Shown here: in pieces, positions 28,122-32,000 of the stretch | Position numbering within the stretch: position 1 is the stretch's first letter | Layout: each line of letters begins with the position of its first letter | Origin: Mycolicibacterium smegmatis | GTDB lineage: Bacteria > Actinomycetota > Actinomycetes > Mycobacteriales > Mycobacteriaceae | Assembly: GCF_001457595.1 (NCBI RefSeq) | Contig: NZ_LN831039.1 | Location: 60,001 to 92,000 of the forward strand | Direction of reading: 5' to 3' | DNA: 32,000 nucleotides | Notes under the pieces: generated by a model | What the model was told of the DNA's origin: nothing | Databases searched by the model: none | What the model saw: the letters and a program-made list of their open reading frames with translations, nothing else | Position numbers and translations under genes: made by a program

Positions 28122-28163
28122 TGGGCGGGATATCGGACATCCATGGATGCCCGATCCCGCCCA
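28122..28163 (+). terminator. Long stem-loop between esxA and espI (partial terminator or 3' stabiliser)
   Basis: TGGGCGGGATATCGGACATCCA / TGGATGCCCGATCCCGCCCA: about 19 pairs with one 2-nt bulge and one mismatch; begins 20 nt after the esxA stop codon; no U-tract. Confidence 0.6.
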
Positions 28164-28221
28164 TCATGTGCGTGCGGGTGCAAAAATTTGACAATCTGTT
28201 TGAACTAGCTGAGGGGTCCCC

Positions 28222-29646
28222 ATGTCGGCCGACTATGACCGGCTCTTCCATTCGTCCGAACCGGGCAAGCCGGTCGATGACGCCACGATCACCGTGGACA
28301 GAGACGCGATCTTGAAGGCCACCGCGGCGACGCCGCCGGTGCCGGCGGGGGAGAAACCGCCCGCCGATGCGCCTTCGGGGGCGATGCCCGTCGCGCCGAC
28401 ACAGACTCAGTCCGCGGCGACTCCGTCGCGGACCGCCGAACCGCAGGTGCCGCCGCCGATGCCGCCGCCTCCGGCCACCGCGCCGCAGTGGCCGCAGAAC
28501 TCGATGCTGCGTGCCCCGCAGCAACAGCAGTTCGGCCCGGGTGCGCGTCACGAGCAGCCGGCGACGCTGCCGCCGCCCGCGCAGCGCCTGGCGCCCGGCC
28601 CGGCTCCGTCGCAGCTCAGCGACATCGATCCCGAGATCAGCGGCGCGTGGCGCGCCGGGCAGGCCGTGCCCGCACCCGCGCAGCCCGGTCCGACGTCGGC
28701 TGCGTCGATGGGTAATCACCGCGCGATCGACGCGCTTTCGCACGTCGGTGTGAAGACCAATGTGAAGATGCCGTCGCAGCGCGGTTGGCGCCACTGGCTC
28801 TACGTGATGACGCGCATCAACCTCGGCCTCTCGCCCGACGAGATCTACGAACTCGACCTGCACAACCGCATTCGCCGGAATGCTCGCGACAGCTACCAGA
28901 TCGGCGTGTTCGGCCTCAAGGGTGGCGTCGGCAAGACCGCGGTGACCGTGTCCCTCGGCTCGGCCATGGCCAAGATCCGCGGCGACCGCATCCTCGCGAT
29001 CGACGCCGATCCCGACGGCGGCAACCTGGCCGACCGCGCGGGCCGGCAGTCCGCGGCCACCATCGCCGACCTGCTCGCCGATCAGGAATTGTCGCGGTAC
29101 AACGACATTCGCGCCTACACGAGCATGAACTCCTCGAACCTCGAAGTGTTGTCGTCCGAGGACTACAGCGGCGCACAGCGGGAGTTCAACGACGACGACT
29201 GGAAGGGCGCGACCGCCGTGGTGTCGCGCTACTACAACCTGGTGCTCGCCGACTGCGGCGCGGGCCTGTTCCAGAAGGCCACACGCGGTGTGCTGTCGAC
29301 CATCTCGGGCCTGGTGATCGTGGCCAGCGCCTCGATCGACGGTGCACGGCAGGCCGCGGTGACCATGGACTGGTTGCGGCAGAACGGCTATCAGGATCTG
29401 CTCGGCCGGTCCTGCGTGGTGATCAACCACGTGACCCCGGGCAAGCCGAACGTCGACGTCGAGGATCTGGTGCAGCAGTTCGAGCGGCACGTTCCGCCCG
29501 GGCGTGTGATCGTGCTGCCGTACGACAAGCACATCGCGGCGGGCACCGAGATCCAGCTCGATCTGCTCAGCGACACCTTCCAGCGTCGCATCACCGAGCT
29601 GGCCGCGGCGCTGTCCGACGACTTCGACAGGCTTGAACGGCGTTGA
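28222..29646 (+). CDS. espI: ESX-1 secretion-associated MinD-like protein EspI
   Basis: Pro-rich N-terminus; SYQIGVFGLKGGVGKTAVTVSLGSAMAKIRGDRILAIDADPDGGNLADRAG; position esxA-espI-eccD1. Confidence 0.94.
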   Translation: MSADYDRLFHSSEPGKPVDDATITVDRDAILKATAATPPVPAGEKPPADAPSGAMPVAPTQTQSAATPSRTAEPQVPPPMPPPPATAPQWPQNSMLRAPQQQQFGPGARHEQPATLPPPAQRLAPGPAPSQLSDIDPEISGAWRAGQAVPAPAQPGPTSAASMGNHRAIDALSHVGVKTNVKMPSQRGWRHWLYVMTRINLGLSPDEIYELDLHNRIRRNARDSYQIGVFGLKGGVGKTAVTVSLGSAMAKIRGDRILAIDADPDGGNLADRAGRQSAATIADLLADQELSRYNDIRAYTSMNSSNLEVLSSEDYSGAQREFNDDDWKGATAVVSRYYNLVLADCGAGLFQKATRGVLSTISGLVIVASASIDGARQAAVTMDWLRQNGYQDLLGRSCVVINHVTPGKPNVDVEDLVQQFERHVPPGRVIVLPYDKHIAAGTEIQLDLLSDTFQRRITELAAALSDDFDRLERR

Positions 29647-31175
29647 CCTCCACCGCTGCAGCGGCCGACACGTCGAGCGTGACCCCGGGGCGGCCGTCGA
29701 CAACAAGGGTCACGATCCTCACCGGCAAGCGCATGACCGACCTGGTCCTGCCTGCCACCGCGCCCATCGAGACCTACATCGATGAGACGGTGAGCTTCCT
29801 CGCGGAGCTGCTCGAGGACGCCCCCAAAGATGTCCTCGCGGGGTTCAACTTCGGTGAGCAGGGAGTCTGGGCGTTCGCGCGCCCCGGCGCCCCGCCACTG
29901 AAGGCCGACGAATCGCTCGACGACGCAGGCGTGGTCGACGGATCGCTGCTCACGCTCGTGTCGGTCAGCCGCACCGAGCGGTACCGGCCGCTGGTCGAGG
30001 ACGTGATCGACGCGATCGCGGTGCTCGACGAATCGCCGGTGTTCGACCGCACTGCGCTGAAACGCTTTGTGGGAATCGCACTTCCGGTCGTCGCGGCGAT
30101 CATCACCGTCGGCACGCTGATCTCATGGACCCGCTCCGGGCACGGCTGGTGGTGGGCCGTCGCGCTCGGCGTCCTCGGTCTCGGCCTGCTCGGCGGCAGC
30201 ATGGCCGCCAAGAGCCGCTACAACAGCCTCGACATGTCCGAGAGCCTGCTGCTCGCGGCGGCCCCCGTCCTCGCCGGTGCGGTGGGGCTCGCGGTGCCGC
30301 TGCCGCGTGGTGTCGACGGGCTCGGTGCGCCGCAACTGGCCGGCGCGGCGGCCGTGGTGCTGCTGTTGACGTTGGCGACCCGCGGCGGGCCCCGCAAGCG
30401 CGCCGAGGTCGCGTCGTTCGTGGCCGTGACCTCCATCGCCGTCACCGCGGCCGCCATCGCCTACGGCTACGGCTGGCAGGAGTGGGTGCCTGCCGGTGCC
30501 ATCGCGTTCGGCCTGATCATCGTGACCAACTCGGCCAAACTCACCGTCGCCGTGGCCCGTATCGCCCTGCCGCCGATTCCCGCGCCCGGCGAGCACGTGT
30601 CCAACGACGAACTGCTTGACCCGGTCGTCACGCCCGATTCGATCGACGACGCGTCCCCGACGTGGCAGGCGATCATCGCTTCCGTGCCGGAATCGGCTGC
30701 GCGCCTGCAGGAACGCAGCCAGTTGACCCGCCAGCTGCTCGTCGGCTTCCTGTCGGCCGGTGCCCTGATCCTCACCGTCGGTGCGATTGCCGTCGTGGTG
30801 CAGGGGCACTTCTTCGTGCACAGCATGATCGTCGCGTCGCTGGTGACCGTCATCTGCGGTTTCCGGTCACGGCTGTACGCCGAAAGATGGTGCGCCTGGG
30901 CACTGTTGGCGGCCACCGTCGCCGTGCCGACGGGCTTGATGATCAAACTCAGTTGGTGGTGGCCGGATTCCGCGTGGATCGTGATGGCCATCTACACGAT
31001 GCTGGCACTCGTCGCGCTCATCGTCGTCGGCGCCACCGACGGCGTCCGCCGCGTCTCCCCGGTCACCAAGCGCATCCTCGAGCTGTTCGACGGCGCGGCC
31101 ATCGCCGCGGTGATCCCACTGCTGCTCTGGATCGCCGGCGTGTACGACCTGCTGCGAAATCTGCGGTTGCACTAA
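29643..31175 (+). CDS. eccD1: ESX-1 core membrane component EccD1
   Basis: N-terminal ubiquitin-like domain (RVTILTGKRMTDLVLPATAPIETYIDETVSFLAELL...) followed by multiple TM segments; 4-nt overlap with espI (TTG start). Confidence 0.95.
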   Translation: MTSTAAAADTSSVTPGRPSTTRVTILTGKRMTDLVLPATAPIETYIDETVSFLAELLEDAPKDVLAGFNFGEQGVWAFARPGAPPLKADESLDDAGVVDGSLLTLVSVSRTERYRPLVEDVIDAIAVLDESPVFDRTALKRFVGIALPVVAAIITVGTLISWTRSGHGWWWAVALGVLGLGLLGGSMAAKSRYNSLDMSESLLLAAAPVLAGAVGLAVPLPRGVDGLGAPQLAGAAAVVLLLTLATRGGPRKRAEVASFVAVTSIAVTAAAIAYGYGWQEWVPAGAIAFGLIIVTNSAKLTVAVARIALPPIPAPGEHVSNDELLDPVVTPDSIDDASPTWQAIIASVPESAARLQERSQLTRQLLVGFLSAGALILTVGAIAVVVQGHFFVHSMIVASLVTVICGFRSRLYAERWCAWALLAATVAVPTGLMIKLSWWWPDSAWIVMAIYTMLALVALIVVGATDGVRRVSPVTKRILELFDGAAIAAVIPLLLWIAGVYDLLRNLRLH

Positions 31176-31273
31176 CGGTTGCGCGGTGGGCATTCGATGG
31201 ACTCGGCGATCAATTGCCGGCTCGGGACATGCTCGGTGTTCTCGTGGCCCTGATTTGAGTTGAAGGTGTGCCG

Positions 31274-32000
31274 ATGAATCTGCCGCCCCCTTCGGAACCG
31301 TACGGTCAGCGGCCGCCCACAGGCCCGCCACATTGGGGCACGCAACCGCAATGGGCCAGCGGGCCGCCACCGCCACCGAAAGGAGGCGGAAAGGCCAAAT
31401 GGATTCTGGGCGGTCTGTCCGTCGCCTTGGCGATCGCGCTCGCTGTCGTCATCACTGTGCTCGTCGTCCGTCCCGACGGTGAAAGCCGCAGCGCCGATGG
31501 TGGTTCGGGCATCACTGCTTCCGAGTTCGCCAGCGCCAATGACACGGGGCCGGTCAGCATCATCACCGAAGATCCGACGTGCGACGCGTGGAACACGGTC
31601 GTCGGCCAGTACTCAGAGGCAGCCACCGGCGTAAATTGGGAAGGTCGCGAGGCCGAGACTCCGGCGAGTTCGTGGACGCCAGAGCAGCGCAGGATGTACC
31701 AGGCAGTGGGAATGGCCATGACGCGTGCGACGGAGCAGGTGACGAAGCTTGCGATGCAGACACCGCACAGGGTCATGCGCGAACTCTATGAACAATTTGT
31801 TGCGTACACGGTTGCGTTTGTAGAGCGCATACCCGCCTATGTCGCAGAGGACAACAACCTTGCACTGGCATCAAACGCTGCCGGCAGTAGCGTCTCGAAT
31901 ATCTGCGGAGCCATCACTTTCCGCTCAGCACAAGCGTTAGCGATTTTGGTACCCAATTCTTCCTCCCCTTCAGCGCAGACCGGCCTGAAGACGTCGACAT
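31274..32000 (+). CDS. Proline-rich single-pass membrane protein downstream of eccD1, truncated by window end
   Basis: Open frame MNLPPPSEPYGQRPPTGPPHWGTQPQWASGPPPPPKGGGKAKWILGGLSVALAIALAVVITVLVVRPDG...FRSAQALAILVPNSSSPSAQTGLKTST with no stop before 32000. Confidence 0.8.
   Translation, partial: MNLPPPSEPYGQRPPTGPPHWGTQPQWASGPPPPPKGGGKAKWILGGLSVALAIALAVVITVLVVRPDGESRSADGGSGITASEFASANDTGPVSIITEDPTCDAWNTVVGQYSEAATGVNWEGREAETPASSWTPEQRRMYQAVGMAMTRATEQVTKLAMQTPHRVMRELYEQFVAYTVAFVERIPAYVAEDNNLALASNAAGSSVSNICGAITFRSAQALAILVPNSSSPSAQTGLKTST

Noticed and set aside
27964-29706. 580-aa minus-strand ORF antisense to esxA/espI
   Set aside because: Spans three well-supported genes and the intergenic hairpin; mirror-frame composition.
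1-32000. CRISPR array, tRNA/rRNA genes, insertion sequence or toxin-antitoxin pair
   Set aside because: No regularly spaced repeats, no tRNA/rRNA-like structure and no transposase or TA motifs recognised by eye; a tool search would be needed to exclude small elements.

Overview
High-GC (>60%) mycobacterial segment whose content and gene order match a type VII secretion ESX-1 locus of the Mycobacterium smegmatis type. From about 12.5 kb to 31.2 kb it carries, in order, espM-like regulator - (minus strand) EspI/Rv3860-like MinD ATPase - espE - espF - espG1 - espH - eccA1 - eccB1 - eccCa1 - eccCb1 - pe35 - ppe68 - esxB - esxA - espI - eccD1, then a truncated proline-rich membrane protein gene that runs off the window. 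whiB6 lies divergent to espM. Upstream (3.1-8.8 kb) is a tightly overlapping three-gene operon: an Fn3-like protein, a GAP1-like protein and a zinc-ribbon plus degenerate P-loop GTPase. It matches what I recall as the saeABC (ESX-1 auxiliary) locus and is the least mechanistically understood system here. The 5' flank holds a collapsed GMC-oxidoreductase remnant, DUF4267, NIPSNAP, DUF1772-like and TetR genes (the last with a near-ideal palindromic operator), a DOPA-dioxygenase-like gene, a PPOX-like gene, a pirin gene and a two-repeat DivIVA-motif mini-protein. Several strong inverted repeats sit in intergenic gaps, notably esxA-espI, upstream of pe35, the divIVA-like/whiB6 convergent gap, and the whiB6/espM divergent gap. 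No tRNA, rRNA, CRISPR array or transposase was recognised. All family calls come from reading motifs and recalled homologues; no searches were run.
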